A stretch of DNA of 64,000 nt from the human T2T-CHM13v2.0 reference genome, Homo sapiens. The stretch lies in the NCBI RefSeq assembly GCF_009914755.1, contig NC_060925.1; one strand, given 5' to 3'. A model generated the notes under the pieces. The model saw only the letters and a list, made by a program, of their open reading frames with translations. It was not told the DNA's origin and did no database searches. The position numbers and the translations under genes are program-made. Of the stretch, positions 1 to 14,568 are shown in pieces (position 1 is the first letter of the stretch; each line of letters begins with the position of its first letter).

Positions 1-874
1 TCTTTGTGCTTTCCCACCCCCACCAGACTCAAAATAATTTCTTTTCTTTCTTTATGCTTGTACAACAGTTGGCACATTTTAGAGACAAATTTCCCACCAT
101 CATCTCCCAAATTACACTGATAAAATCCTGTCACTGCAATGGCATTCTGGATGAACATCTCCCTCTTCTCTATGGTCCCCTGCTGGCACCTGGGAATTTG
201 CCCAGACACTAGCCATCACTACTAAACCCACAGACCCCCACCTGGAGGACCCTCCCAGGCACCAGAGGCTGTGAACTATGCTGATTTTAAAACCACTGAA
301 GCAGCCAGGACTGTTTCCCACAGTGTGAGAACAGCTAAACCCTGTCCGTAATATTGGGTGACAATGCCAAGTCCTGGGAGCAAATGGGAAGCCCTGGAGG
401 TTCCAAACAGGGACACACTCCCAGGCTCAATGCCTGCGTGTGGGTCCTTTGTGTGAGTGGAGCACCTCCTGGGATTCTCCCTGGGAGCCAGTTGCAGAGA
501 CCAAGGACCTGCCATTTTCAGATCCTTAAAGCCTACAAGTGGTTAGGTAGGGGACATCTGGGACTTTTTTGGTTCTGTGTGAGATATCTGATTACATGTA
601 TTTGTTAATATATGCTTGTTTCAATTCCTCTACCTTATCTATTTCTTGCAGTTCTTCTTTACCTCTCTGTATTCTCCTCACCCCTGAAAAAGGCTGTTCA
701 CTCCTTGAGGGCCGTCACGGTTACCCCAATGCATTCTACAGTGTCTACAGATGCTCAGGAAGGGGTGATTAAATGACCCGACAATGTGGATGGGGCACGC
801 AACATTCATGAGTGACATTCAGGATTTCTTACCCTCTATCACTTTAGCCAAAGAAATCTTCTGGCCCTAAGCCA

Positions 875-1513
875 TGTGAACCAAAATTATCTGAGACAGG
901 TCTTTATTCAGAAAGTTTATTTTGCCAAAGTTAAGCATGTGCCCCCAGGAGGCAGGTCTGTGCCTTTCGCCAAAGATGATGTTGAAGCCTTTAATATTTA
1001 AAGAGGAAAGGATGAATATTGGGGAAACAGGAAGAAATTTTTAAAAGGTGTGGGTAGATAAGAGACAAATGGTTTCACTCTTTTCAGACTTTGATCAGCC
1101 TTTCACCAGATACACAATTTACATGTGAGAGATGAGTAGAGGAAACAGTCCACCTATTGCCTCCATAGCTCAGTGAATCTGCATTTTTATATCAGAGGAA
1201 GCAATCTGATATGCATTTGTCTCAGGTGAGCAGGAGACTGACTTAGAGTTCTGTCCTTTGTCCCGCACCTGTGAAGATAAGCTATCAATTTACATTGTCA
1301 GGGTAAAATTCAACAAAACTGTTTAGGGAAAAGATCTTGAGGCCCACAAGGAATTTTCTAGTGGGAAAAATTATGAGGGGGGTATGTCGCTTTTTAATCT
1401 TTGTTTATCTTATTCAGGAATAAAGTGGGAGGCAGATTTGCCTGATGCGTTTCACAGCTTGACTTTTCCCTTTGGATTAGTGATTTTGCAGTCTGAGGTT
1501 TATTTTCCTTTCA
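875..1513 (-). mobile_element. ERV1 solo LTR, MER4A-like
   Basis: Minus strand begins TGAAAGGAAAATAAACC...AAAATCACTAATCCAAAGGGAAAAGTCAAGCTG, as in the MER4A consensus; the other end is tgtgaaccaaaattatctgagacagg. Confidence 0.7.
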
Positions 1514-3941
1514 AGCCCATCCCATCTGCATTCTACACCAAAATGCCCTCCAGGCTCCCACTGGAATAACAGGACCAGTCCCCTCACATTGAGAATGAAA
1601 GGCAGCTTAGGGTGACTAAGGAGACATCCCAGACCTCAGTCTTTGGGCCTCTTCTCTTCCCTATTCTCTGTTTCCTCTGACTTTATGCAGTCTCGTAACA
1701 TCAACTACCATTTCTAGCTAGTGACTCTCCAAGTTTTGTTTCTGGCCTGAAACACTTCTCTGAACTCCAGACTTGGGTATATATTCAACCTCCTGCATTG
1801 CATCTCCACTTAGACGTCTAATAGACATGTCAGACTTTCATGACCAAGGAAGAACTATTCATTGCCCAACTAGCCCCACCCACCCCTCTCTCCCCAACAT
1901 GGCTTTCAACCCAGAAGCAAATACCCCATGCATCCCGTTATCCAAGTCAAACCTTCAGGAGTCATCCATGATTCTTCTCTTTCCCTTGCTCACACCCATG
2001 CATCAGTAATTCCCAGCAGCCTGACCTTCAAATCCCATCCCCCTGCACAAGCCCTGTTCACTCCCGCACCCAATCTCAGCTGGACCGCTGCCAGCACCTG
2101 CCTCTGCTCACCCTCTTCCACTCCTGTCCCTCCTCCACAGACAGCTCCTTGATGCGCGACTCAGGTCACGTCCCTCCTTGAAACCCTCCAAATGACATCC
2201 TGCTGGTTCAAGATAAAACACAAACTGCGCGCTCTGGTCCATGAGGCCCAATGTAGCTGGCCTCACACTACCACTCGCATCTTCCCGCCCCCTCTTGTTG
2301 TCCCTGCCACCCTTCTCTTTTCTCTGCCCCTCAACCTTTGTTTCTGTCTGTGCTTCTGCTCAGAACAATTTTCCTTTTCTCTTTTCCCCAACTGGGATTC
2401 AACTCATGTGCTCTCTCTTCAGAGATGTCTTCCCACATTCCCATAAAATAAGTGCCCTGTTTTATTTTCTTCACAGCGTTTAACAAAGCGTCTTATGGTT
2501 TCGCTGTGTACCTGTTTATTGCTGAAGTAGCAACTTCTGAAGGGCAAGGACTGTCTTGTTCACTGATGTATCTCAGGGCCTAGACCAGTAAATGCCTATT
2601 AACAAGAGACTAAGTTAACTCTTCCAGTAAAGGCATAGAGTTAGTACAGCATGTTGGTGTGGAAAGAGCTTTGGAATCCAGAAAATTCTCATGCCTGCAC
2701 TTACTGACTTGAATAGTAACTTACTTAGCAACTCTAGGCCCCAGTTTCCTCTTTTAGAGAGGTAAGAATTACAGAAAATATATCAAAGGCTGTAAGGACA
2801 GTGCCTCCCACATAGGAGGTACTCTGGTAGATGAGCAGGTCAAATGGACCTACCTGGTTCCCAGTCCAGAACCCTTTCCATCCTCCTAGGATAGTAATGG
2901 TCAAACATTGGGATACATTGAAGAACTAGGGATAACTAAGGACATAAAGGAAGATTCTAGAGTCATTGCAGTATTTCAGAGAGATTCTATGGTGGTCTTT
3001 TTGAAGTGATGATTTAAGCGTGGTCACACTGGAAGGGGTGATCCCCTTCAGTTCTGGAGGAGTGAAGAAGCAAACATACCTCAGACCTTTGAGGCTCTGG
3101 GCTCTGGCCTATTTCTGGTGAGAGAGAGAAACTTCCTTTTGGCCAAGAGCATAGTTCTTCCAGCCCCACACTGGGCTCTCTCACTGCATCTTCTCTTAAG
3201 CTGCAGATGATGAGGCCTTCCCTGGGGCCTTGTTTCCCTAAACCATAGCCCAAAGGCTGGGAGATACTGAGACCTTGGATGAGCGCAGAAGGTGGAGAGA
3301 CAGGGCAGAGCCTAGGAAGCAGGTAGAGCCTAGTCTGGCCTGTACATAAAGGTCTCATTATGTGGATGGTCAGCAGTATCCAAACTGTGTTTACGCAACA
3401 TGGCAACAGCGGAGGGGAAGTTCCATGCTGTCCAGACACAGGGGCTCCTCAGTTCTCGGAAGAAAGTCCCATAGAAATAGAAAGTAAACACCAGAGGTGA
3501 TTTTCTCCTAGCCTTGGCAAAGTCAGGCCAGACAGTAACCACAGGCATGGTTTCCGAGTTACCTGGCATGGCCCAGCTGGAAGGTAGCAGGGAGGGCTTC
3601 GTAAGCAAGACCTGGGCCCAGGAAGATGGAGTACAGGCCTGCGATCTGTAAAGACAAGTGTGAGCTAAAGCAGGGCACAAAGGGAGATGAGTGCAGAAAA
3701 CAGATCTAAGACATGGAAAATGGCCCAAGAAGAAAGGACAAGCTGAAGTCAAGGCAATGACCAGGACCTGGAGGGTAGATGCTGGCAGGGGAGGGACTTA
3801 CATACATCTGGGTATGGTCCATGGGGGTGAGTTGAGGGTGTCAGTGACTTTGTGAGCAGGTACCCAGGCCCTGACACCAGCAGACCAGGTCGGATGGGAG
3901 GAGGAGGAGGAGGAGGAAGAAACCAACCTTAGATGAGCCCT

Positions 3942-4264
3942 GTTTTTGTTTTTGTTTTTGTTTTTGTTTTTGTTTTTGTTTTTTTCAGGCAGAGTCTCTG
4001 TTGCCCCAGGCAGGAGTGCAGTGGTGCAGTGATGTGAGCAGGGCTTACTGCAGCCTCGACCAACTGGGCCCGAGTGATCCTCTCTCCTCAGCCTCCTGAG
4101 TAGCTGGGACCATAGGCACACGCCACCACACTAGGCTAATATTGTATACAGATGGGGTCTCTCTTTATTGCCCAGTCTGGTCTCGAACTCCTGAGCTCAA
4201 GAGATCCTCCTGCCTTGGACTCCCAAAATGCTGGGATTCCAGGCTTGAGCTACTGTGCCCAGCC
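3942..4264 (-). mobile_element. Old Alu (AluJ-like) with (TTTTTG)n tail
   Basis: Diverged Alu motifs. Confidence 0.85.
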
Positions 4265-5656
4265 AAGTACATGCTATGTTTCAGGCTCTGTGCTAAGTAC
4301 TTTATGGACATCACAGGAACAGAGAAAGAACATTTAATCCAGAGAGGCTAAGGGTGTCTCAGGAAAGTCTGGGAATAGGTAGAGAAACTGAAGTTCTCAG
4401 ACCTAACAGTCAAGGTGAGGGTATGGCCTTAGCGGGACTGCCGTGAAGAGCTCCTGGCCCATGGCTGAGGTGGTATGGTGCTGAGCACACTGGAGAGGGG
4501 TTAGCAGCTGTACCTGCCAGAACTGCAAGGCAGAAATCCAGGCAAGGCATCAAACAGGCTGAGCCACCAGCCCCGATTCATCCCCAAGACCACACTTCTT
4601 CCATTGCAGCTATGCAAATCAGAGGCTAATAATAATGTTGAGATTTGTATAGCACTTTAGAGTTGCCAAGGCACTTTCACAAATGATGCTACTTAACTGA
4701 TGTCCATTACTGGAGTCTCAGGAGTTGGAGTCAGATGTTTCACAGATTACCTTGTTTGGCCTGTTCTGTGTGACTCTGGCTGTCACTTGCCTTCTCTGGG
4801 TTTAATGTGCCTGGAGGGCAGACGGTAATAATCAATCAGTCTTCTGCAACAGAGGATGGGAAGTGTCTGGAGAGGGGCTGATGGTGACAGGATCTGCCAA
4901 GCTTCGACAAGCTCTGGAGTCCTTAGTCTAAAGAAAAGCCATTCACTAGGCTCCAGGAAAACAAACTCAGAGGTAATAGAATCTTTCCTTCAACCCAGCT
5001 TTTAAGCCCTAAGTGCTTCCAGAAGCCTCAGAGTTCTCTCACTTCTGAGCCCCTTGCCAAGGCTAGTTTTGGGACAGGGAAGTAAGGGAGGAGCTTTTGA
5101 TTCCTATACAGCTCTATTTTTAACTGGAATTTATCTTCCTGCTCCACCAGTGATTGGCGCCTTTGAAACTGAGGTAAAGCACACTGTCAGCAGGACCCAA
5201 GCATAAATAGCAGGGGACAGAGAGACTGATCTGTGATGTGGGCAAGAAGTTAGACAGATGGACAAACCAATCAGCCAGCATCTTTGCCAAGAACAGCTCA
5301 ATTAATCACACACTGTCCCCAAGCCTCTCTCTCGTTGTTCCATTCTCTGACTTCCTTATGTGGCAAGTGTGAGGGTAAAACGTGTCAAGTCTAGGAGCCC
5401 CTCCCAGTGGGGAACTCATCAGGGTGGGGCCTCGCACTCCTCGGCTTTCCCCCAGCATCATGGGGAAATCTGGCATCTTGAATAGAGGTGAATCCTTTTA
5501 TATCTTTATGTGAAATCAGCATTTGGTGTTTAGGCTGGTATGGAGATGAGCTTGAATTATAGCAACCCACAGTAAAGGGGTACCTGTCTTTTCCTCCAGA
5601 ACAGCTGTTCGCAGATCGGAAAGTCCATGGCCCCAGCAGTTCCTTCAAATCCCTAA

Positions 5657-5959
<303 letters not shown>

Positions 5960-6157
5960 TGTCAAAGCCTTCTTCTCAAAACTTTGCCCCATTAACTTAA
6001 CTTCCCTGCTGGAAGTGGCTGGGAGGTGAGGAGATCTGCCCCTCCCTTGCTCCAAGGGGACAGCATCTTAGAATGACTAAAGTTATTTACTTTGGAGGGA
6101 GCACCCAAATAAGAAAGCTCAGAGACACCACTTTTAGCACAAAAGGAGGGCCATGGA

Positions 6158-6160
<3 letters not shown>

Positions 6161-6202
<42 letters not shown>
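6161..6202. repeat. (GT)21 microsatellite
   Basis: Read directly from the sequence. Confidence 0.95.
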
Positions 6203-6204
<2 letters not shown>

Positions 6205-6659
6205 AAGGGAGTAAGCTCGCTGCTGGAGGGAAGCATCCTTTGTTTTTGTAGACCACAAGAGCCAGGGAAAGGCAGGATGGACTTTCTCAGACAAACTGCT
6301 GCCCAAATCCTCCCATTTTCAGACTAGACGTGAGGAGGGGAAGTGCAGGGGGAGTTCGAAGTCTGTGTAAGAAATGCTGCCACCATGGTGACAAAAGACA
6401 AAAACCTAATGTCTCCGGGACTGGACATGTAAAAAATCTTATTCAAACCAAGTGGTTATGTAGGCCTCCTGTAACAAGGCAGAAACGAACTGGCCATTTC
6501 CAGCATCACTGACTTACTCTGTGTGTCTTGGTGACAAATGGTACATGAGAATAAATGGTGTCCTGGGGTGCATCTTGGCCTCTTCAGGGAACCTGGGGGC
6601 ACCTCAATGGAGGGACAGCCACGGTAAACTGATGACCACACTGGAGGCAAGACTCACCG

Positions 6660-6890
6660 CCAGTAACAATAACAACCACCCTTCCAAAGCATTTGCAATG
6701 AGCCAGGCCTTGTCCCAGCCCTCTGGGTATATAGCAAATCATTTAATCCACAAAACAACTGATGAGGGATGTGCTACAGCCATCCTTGTCAAGGCACAGA
6801 AAGGCTAAGCCATTTGCCCCAGGTCCCCAGGCTGGTAAGAGATGGAGCAAGTCAGTGCTTGAATCCAGGCAGTTTGGCTCCCATCCACTG
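6660..6890 (-). mobile_element. MIR
   Basis: MIR-like motifs (atttaatcc, aaggcacaga, ttgccccaggtc, tgaatccaggcag). Confidence 0.6.
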
Positions 6891-7391
6891 TGCTATCTGC
6901 TCTCGTGTCACTTACTTATTAATTCCACAAATATTTACTGAGCGCTTCTTTACCCATGGCACTCAAGTAGGGAACAAAAGACACATATATATGTGTTTCA
7001 AGTTCAATAAAGGGCATTTGCTCACCCTTGTTCAGGAGGTAAGGAGACTCGTACACTGTCGCAGACGTTGCCCTTTGCCGGTGGGGTCCTTGAGGAATGA
7101 GAAAATTGGACCTGTACTGCCTCTGACATCCCAGGGCACCCCTCCAGGACAGAACCAGGTTTTGTTTGTCTCCAGGTCCCCAAAGCCACACCCCGGGCCA
7201 AGAGCATTGTAGATATTCACTAAATGTGATTGACCGAATTTTTTAAGTCCTTGAATGCAGGAGCCAGTTGGATAATGCTGTTAAAATACCTCACTGTCAC
7301 AGCATTCCTGCTTGCAGCCACAAAACAGGTGCCTTGCATGGCATCTGGTACCCATTTGCTGATTAACTGTTTCTTCTTCTCCATTTGCCAG

Positions 7392-7493
7392 GAAAGACCG
7401 GCAGAGACCAATGCCAATGTGGACAACTCGGCGTCCCCCTCGGTGGCCCAGCTGGCCGGGCGGTTTAGGGAGCAGGCGGCTGCAGCCAAGGAG
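7392..7493 (+). CDS. RCSD1: RCSD1 (CapZIP) coding exon 2, [34 protein letters not shown]
   Basis: Polypyrimidine tract with ttgccag acceptor, GAG|gtgagt donor, 102 nt in phase 0; translation matches the remembered CapZIP N-terminus (MEERPAET...). Confidence 0.96.
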
Positions 7494-8084
7494 GTGAGTC
7501 AGGCCGCTTCAGAGCAGCCTCTTCAGCAGCGGGCAGGAGGAAAGGGAAATCTGGTCAGGCCCAGCGGAGAGGGAGGGAGGAGGCTTGGTAGTTACCAAAT
7601 TAGGAAGAGAAGCCAGGGGCTGGAGGGGTTTCTCTGAATGTGAGGAATGTCTCACTGCTGCTGTGCCTGGACAGAATCTGTCCCCACCAGGGTGAGGCTT
7701 GCACTCTGGCCAGGAGGAATCAGACACAGGGCAGAGATGGGCATCTGTATCCATTTCCATCTTGATCATCCACCTATACAGACTTAGATCTCACACAGCT
7801 GTGCCAGGCCTGGACTGTGTCAGAATAAAGAAGTTCCTACAGCCAGCTCCTGCCCTGTAGCCAGAGCAAGGCAAGGCTGGGGCAGACTCCAAATCGAGAA
7901 TTGAGAAAGAAGAGAGGGCTTGAAGGAAAGCACATTCAGATAGGAAACCAGGGATCAGGAAGGAAGAGCGTCCGGTGACCAGTAGAGGAAAGTGTGACAA
8001 GGGAGGGTCTTAACTTTGGAGAGATTTGGGCTAGATTTTCTTGAGTCAAGCAGTGTGAGAAGCTCATTAGAAGTGAGATGAGGG

Positions 8085-8385
8085 GGCCGGGCACGGTGGC
8101 TCACGCCTGTAATTTCAGCACTTTGGGAGGCCGAGGCAGGCAGATCACTTAAGGTTGGGAGTTCGCGACCAGCCTGACCAACATGGAGAAACCCCGTCTC
8201 CACTAAAAATACAAAATTGGCCGGGCGTGGTGGCACATGCCTGTAAGCCCAGCTACTCAGGAGGCTGAGGCAGGAGAATCGCTTGAACCCAGGAGGTGGA
8301 GGTTTCAGTGAGCCGAGATGGTAACATTGCACTCCAGCCCGGGCAACAAGAGCGAAACTCAGTCTCAAAATAAATAAATACAAAC
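8085..8385 (+). mobile_element. AluSp with 14-bp TSD AAGTGAGATGAGGG
   Basis: Diagnostic GGAGAAACCCC and GGCAACAAGAGCGAAAC; TSD at 8071-8084 and 8386-8399. Confidence 0.93.
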
Positions 8386-8912
8386 AAGTGAGATGAGGGA
8401 AGGGTGCCCCAAGGTGGAGAGAAATCTATCGTGGCCCCTTGGGGCAAGTGAGTACTTATTTGCCTTGCATTTTTAGGTGCACTATTTCGGGGTTTTGTTT
8501 TCCCATCTGAAAGATCAGGTTCATAATTTCTAGACAGTACAGGCATGTCATAAAGGATAAAGAAGATAGCATTGATCTCAGGTGCTGGCACTGCCTGAAA
8601 ACTGAATGTGATTCAGGTCGGTGAATCTCAAGTAAAAGTGGATATTCTAGCAGGAAAGGAAATGGAGTGGAGAGGGTGAAAGTCAAAATGGGTAGATGGT
8701 AAATAGAATTAATTTAAATAGTAAGCAGGCTGTCCCAAAGACACGCAGTTCCCTTCCTCCATTCTTAAATATTCCTACACTTCCCTAACATCCTAACATT
8801 CCTAAATCCCTAAACCTTCCTGAAACCAGTTTCCATTTCCTTGCTCTTCCTCCCTGTTGCCTGATCAGTGCTCTCTTTTTCTCTGTGTGTCTGTCTGTCG
8901 CCCTCCCTCCAG

Positions 8913-9002
8913 ACACCAGCCAGTAAACCAACCCGAAGGAAACCGCCCTGTTCCCTCCCCCTGTTCCCCCCCAAGGTAGACCTGGGCCAGAATGGTGAGG
9001 AG
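8913..9002 (+). CDS. RCSD1: RCSD1 coding exon 3, [30 protein letters not shown]
   Basis: ccctccag acceptor, GAG|gtaagt donor, 90 nt, continues the reading frame. Confidence 0.95.
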
Positions 9003-10735
9003 GTAAGTGCTGCTGTTGGGGCTCAGAGGATGCTGTGATGGGTTTTCTTTCCTCTTCTTGAGGAAAGTTTGGAGGAGGGGGCACCAAACTCATACTTTAA
9101 AGCTCAGACTCTGTGCAGGGAATTTCTCCATTTCAGAGTGAATCTCCTCTTAAATGTTTCCTGAATCGTTTACTTTGGAAACTAGGCTCCTCCCTGCTCC
9201 CTTTTACTGAGGCTCCTTTATGATTTGTCAAGGACACGAACACTATTTTCCAAGCCTGAGAATTTTAGCAAAGAGAATGGGTCATATATTATTAACAGAC
9301 CCAATTCAGGAGCCAGGAAAGTTCTGTTTTATTCCCAGATCTGACTTAGGTGATCTTGGAATAAGGTGTGGAGAAGGTACCTGGAAAGGGGGCTACACTT
9401 ACATAGGGCAGGACGGAAGCATGAGAAAACCCCGTGATTCTGCAGTATCCTTGTAAAGCCTGGCTATTGTTCAAGATCACTGGAAGAAAACCAGAGCGCA
9501 CAGGAGGCCTCGTTGCCCTCAGATATAAATAGCCAACGTTACCAACATAATAAAGGCTCTGGTATCATAGATCATAGCCAGTAATAGGTTCTTAGCCTGC
9601 ATATTCTCCTATCTTTATTTATCTAATTGTAGCTGCAGGAGTGCCTTCTCCACACCTTATGCCAGCAACCCATGAACCTTCACTGTGGTCATAGTCTGTG
9701 CCAGAAATGGATTTGTATGTTCTGTCATCTCACCTGGGAGGCCAACCCCAAAATACAGCAAGCAAGCCAAAGACAATGTCATTCCCAAATTCCACTTCAA
9801 CAACCTCTTTATTCTCCCCTTCTTTTTTGGGGACCAGCATCCTGACAATAGCCATTAGGTGCCCTATGTGAACTTGGGCAAGCATCTTAATGCCTACATT
9901 TTCTCATCTATAAAGTGAAACAGCTGAAATAGATCAATGGTTTTCAAGCCTTTTTGTCAACCTAAGGCTTATAAACAGAAGCCCACAAGATAAAGCAGAA
10001 ACTCATCGCTGCCCCAGGCCAAGTGAGATGGGGGAGGGGAGGCCTGGAGCCCCAAATGCTCTCAGAATACTCTCTCCCCACTGACCAAGGGTCTTATTCT
10101 TGGATGAGAACCCCAAGGAGCACAGTTTAAAAACACTGAGGTTTTCCTTGGGTCTCTTCAAGTGCCAACAATATGATTCTGTGGCTTTATGGGGTCATCA
10201 GCCAGTGCTGTGACCAAACACATACCAACAACCTCTCTTTCCAGAGAATCAACTTCTCCTTGTAACCTTCAACCTCTGGGCTCAGTGTCTCCACTGCTAT
10301 GCAATGGGTTGAGGTTATGGCCACTCAGAGCTTAATGTGAGACTGCCCCCTGATAGCCTGGGCTTGGCCCAGGAGAAGTCACCACACCATACCGAATCAT
10401 TTTTCTTATTTGTGAAATTGAGGACAAAATCACTAACCAGATAGATCAGGGAGGCTGGCTAGGGAAGTTTTATCCCCTAGAGTAAAAGCAGAGGGAGTTA
10501 GGCTAGTGATTGGGTTAAACAGCTCCATCCTGGCAGCTCTGTGGAAATGCATTCACAGGTTTCACCCCATGGGGCACATCACCCAGAAGTTAAATGGCTT
10601 ATAATGGCCAAGGGCTGGTTAAGTCCAAGGGCGGATTTTAGAAAATCCTGCCTGGAGTGACAGGCTGCTCGCACATTGAAAGGACACTACCTCCAGGGAT
10701 CAATGACTTTTCGTGGCCTTGAAATTCACATAGAA

Positions 10736-11191
<456 letters not shown>

Positions 11192-12684
11192 CTACCCCTC
11201 GGTTCCCAATGCACAGTGCCAGGAAGGGTCATTTCATCCCTGCCCCGCTATGCTTGCTCAGGTCTGAGACAGTGGGGTCAGCCCCCTGACAGCACCTGCT
11301 GACTGCAGGGCCCCTCCTGATGGCAGGGTGACCAAGAGTTACCCCTCTCTGGAAGAACCAGCTGAAGTTGGGTGTTTAATGCAGCCACAGATCCTGCCTC
11401 CTATACTCAGAAAAGGCTGAAAAGCATTCCCATCTGGAAATTAGTCCGTAGTTTCTAGACGTGGTAATAATGTCATGTAAATACAGCTATATATATACAT
11501 ATACAGGGATGGAAGGCTGGTTTTTCTCCACCGGATTGTTAGTCTCAGCCGCTTGCCTGAAGCCCCTTGTTAAACCGTAAGGGAAATGATGCCACCTGCT
11601 GTCATTTCCAGGAACTGCACTAGAGGCTATTTTGGATTCTTTCTGCTTTGCAATTCAAATCAATAGGGTTTTATGGAGCATCAGCTGGGTCCCCAGTACT
11701 ATACTGTGTTTAAGGGGCAGGGTCCACTGAATTTCCACAGACTTCAGAAATCAGTGGTCAGCTGGGGAAGAGAAGAACTAATAATATTACATGAAGTGAG
11801 CTTTATCAGCAAAATTGTTGCTGCAGTTTCTAAAAGTTTCTCTGAAAACCCCAGCCCGTGTGAAATTTCCCTGTAAAGCACAGAAACCAAGGGCACTTCC
11901 ATTGGGGCTGGAAGCTCTTTATACTCATCCTAGATAAAAAGCTCCTTGAAAGACTGCTATAGGAACATACCCGACAGTGAAGACACATGGAGGCAGAGGC
12001 AGCAGGAGTCCTTAGAATCATTTATTCCCGCCCAGCTGCATCTTGGTAGAGGAGGCTGAGGCCAAGGGCTTCGTCTGGCTCCTGCCAAAACTAGAATTAG
12101 AAGGAGTGGGGATCCTGTAAGTCCAGCCCATGCTCTCCCTTGGTGTTGGGCTGTAAAAAGATCACGAGGAGTTCAGTTGGGTGAGCCTCCCTCCTTCCAT
12201 CACTAAAACACAATCATCTCACATTATAAATATCTCAGAATCTTCCTAAGAGATCAGTGTAGTTCTTCTTATTGTTCAGGAAAATTAGTACATGGGGTCA
12301 AGGAGCAGGTCATACACATTGGTCTCCACACTATGGGGAGATCCCTCCTCTGCCTTGGCCTCTGTCCAACCACATGGAAGTCATCCTCTTCCTTTTCTTC
12401 ATCATCATCATCCTATCACTGTCACCATTCTCACATGTTTGTGGGGATTTTACGCAAAACACAGAGTTAATATTTTTACATGATATGGATCCCGAAGGCA
12501 GACAAGATTCCTGGCATTCATTCATCACAAAAATATCTACAACTAACAGAGAGTACGTATGATTATGTAACACATGCATCAGCCACGGACTGCTCCTGCC
12601 ACCGAGACTGAATCATGCTCATCTTTGTATGACCCACACAATGTCTGGGACGTAGTAAATACTCAGTAAATGTTTACTTGGTTA

Positions 12685-13011
<327 letters not shown>

Positions 13012-13540
13012 TCAAATATTCAACATTTTGGAAAATCATAATTTATAAATCATGCCATCGATGGGATTTTCCAAAATATCACTGGGTCCAGGGAGGAATT
13101 CCAGTCATACCTCTGTCATCCTGGTCTGGTTTCTTGTTGTGTGTGTGACAAACAGGATGGTAATTTTTGCCCTTTGTCTTTGAAATCCCCCAAATTGTTG
13201 ATTCACAGTGTTGAAGGTCATGAGGTGAAGATCTTGCTCAGATATAGTTTTCCTTCATAACAACAATGAAGTCACTCTTCCTGGGAGAGACCTTCTGTGT
13301 TAAGGATGTCGGCGCTGACTTCTCTAATTCTGATTTGAAGATCTTGCTGTGGTGGGATGAGGGAGGGAGGGGGAAAGTTCACGTCGCCCAGGCCCTAATG
13401 AAGTATGTGGGCTACTGAACTAATGAGAAAGTGGCAACACCAACTTCTCTTCTCCTTCTGCCTGTGGCTTTTGGGTTCCAACCAGAACCCCACTTTCCTC
13501 ACCTTACTTATCTGGTTGTTTTGGTTGATTTGCTCCATAG

Positions 13541-13612
13541 AAATCACCACCCAATGCGAGCCACCCTCCTAAATTCAAGGTCAAGAGCTCGCCTCTGATT
13601 GAGAAGCTTCAG
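13541..13612 (+). CDS. RCSD1: RCSD1 coding exon 4, KSPPNASHPPKFKVKSSPLIEKLQ
   Basis: ctccatag acceptor, CAG|gtaagt donor, 72 nt in frame. Confidence 0.95.
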
Positions 13613-13801
13613 GTAAGTGCAGAATTCATTGTCTATTGCTACCTTTTATCTAACTCCACTTCTTATCCAAAATTTGCATGACTTTGAGGCTCATAGGGGT
13701 AGCCTATGTGTCACCTGCATAATTGGCCCCAATAATCAGCCAGTGATCAAATTGCAGTAAACGATAAGGATCTCACAGCCCTGCCTGAGGGAAAAGAACT
13801 A

Positions 13802-14188
<387 letters not shown>

Positions 14189-14568
14189 AGTCTTACGGGA
14201 AAGGACACCATAGTTGCCATAAACACTTTGAAATAGCCAACGCCTCTCTCCCAAGGCCTGAATGCAGCCACAAACCATTTCAGCCCTGCATAGGGCTGGT
14301 GTTCAGTTGCTGCACACTGCACCAGTCTGGACAAATTTGTTATTTGGGAAGTATCCTGTCCAACCTCTCCACCAGTAACCCTGTGTGCCCAGAGCCCTCA
14401 CCTCCCGTGCCCAGGGCTGGCTGGCTCCCTGGGACTGTAATTAAGCAGAAGACACTGGTCCTGAACTCACAGTCTTGTGGAGACAGAGCTTTCACAGGTG
14501 ATATAATAAAAGGAGCTGATGCCAGAGATCTCCACTGTGGGTCACTGCCCGGCTCCTGCTGCTCAAGA

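Noticed and set aside
11212-11250. Cryptic RAG recombination signal (CACAGTG heptamer)
   Set aside because: No nonamer-like sequence at 12- or 23-nt spacing.
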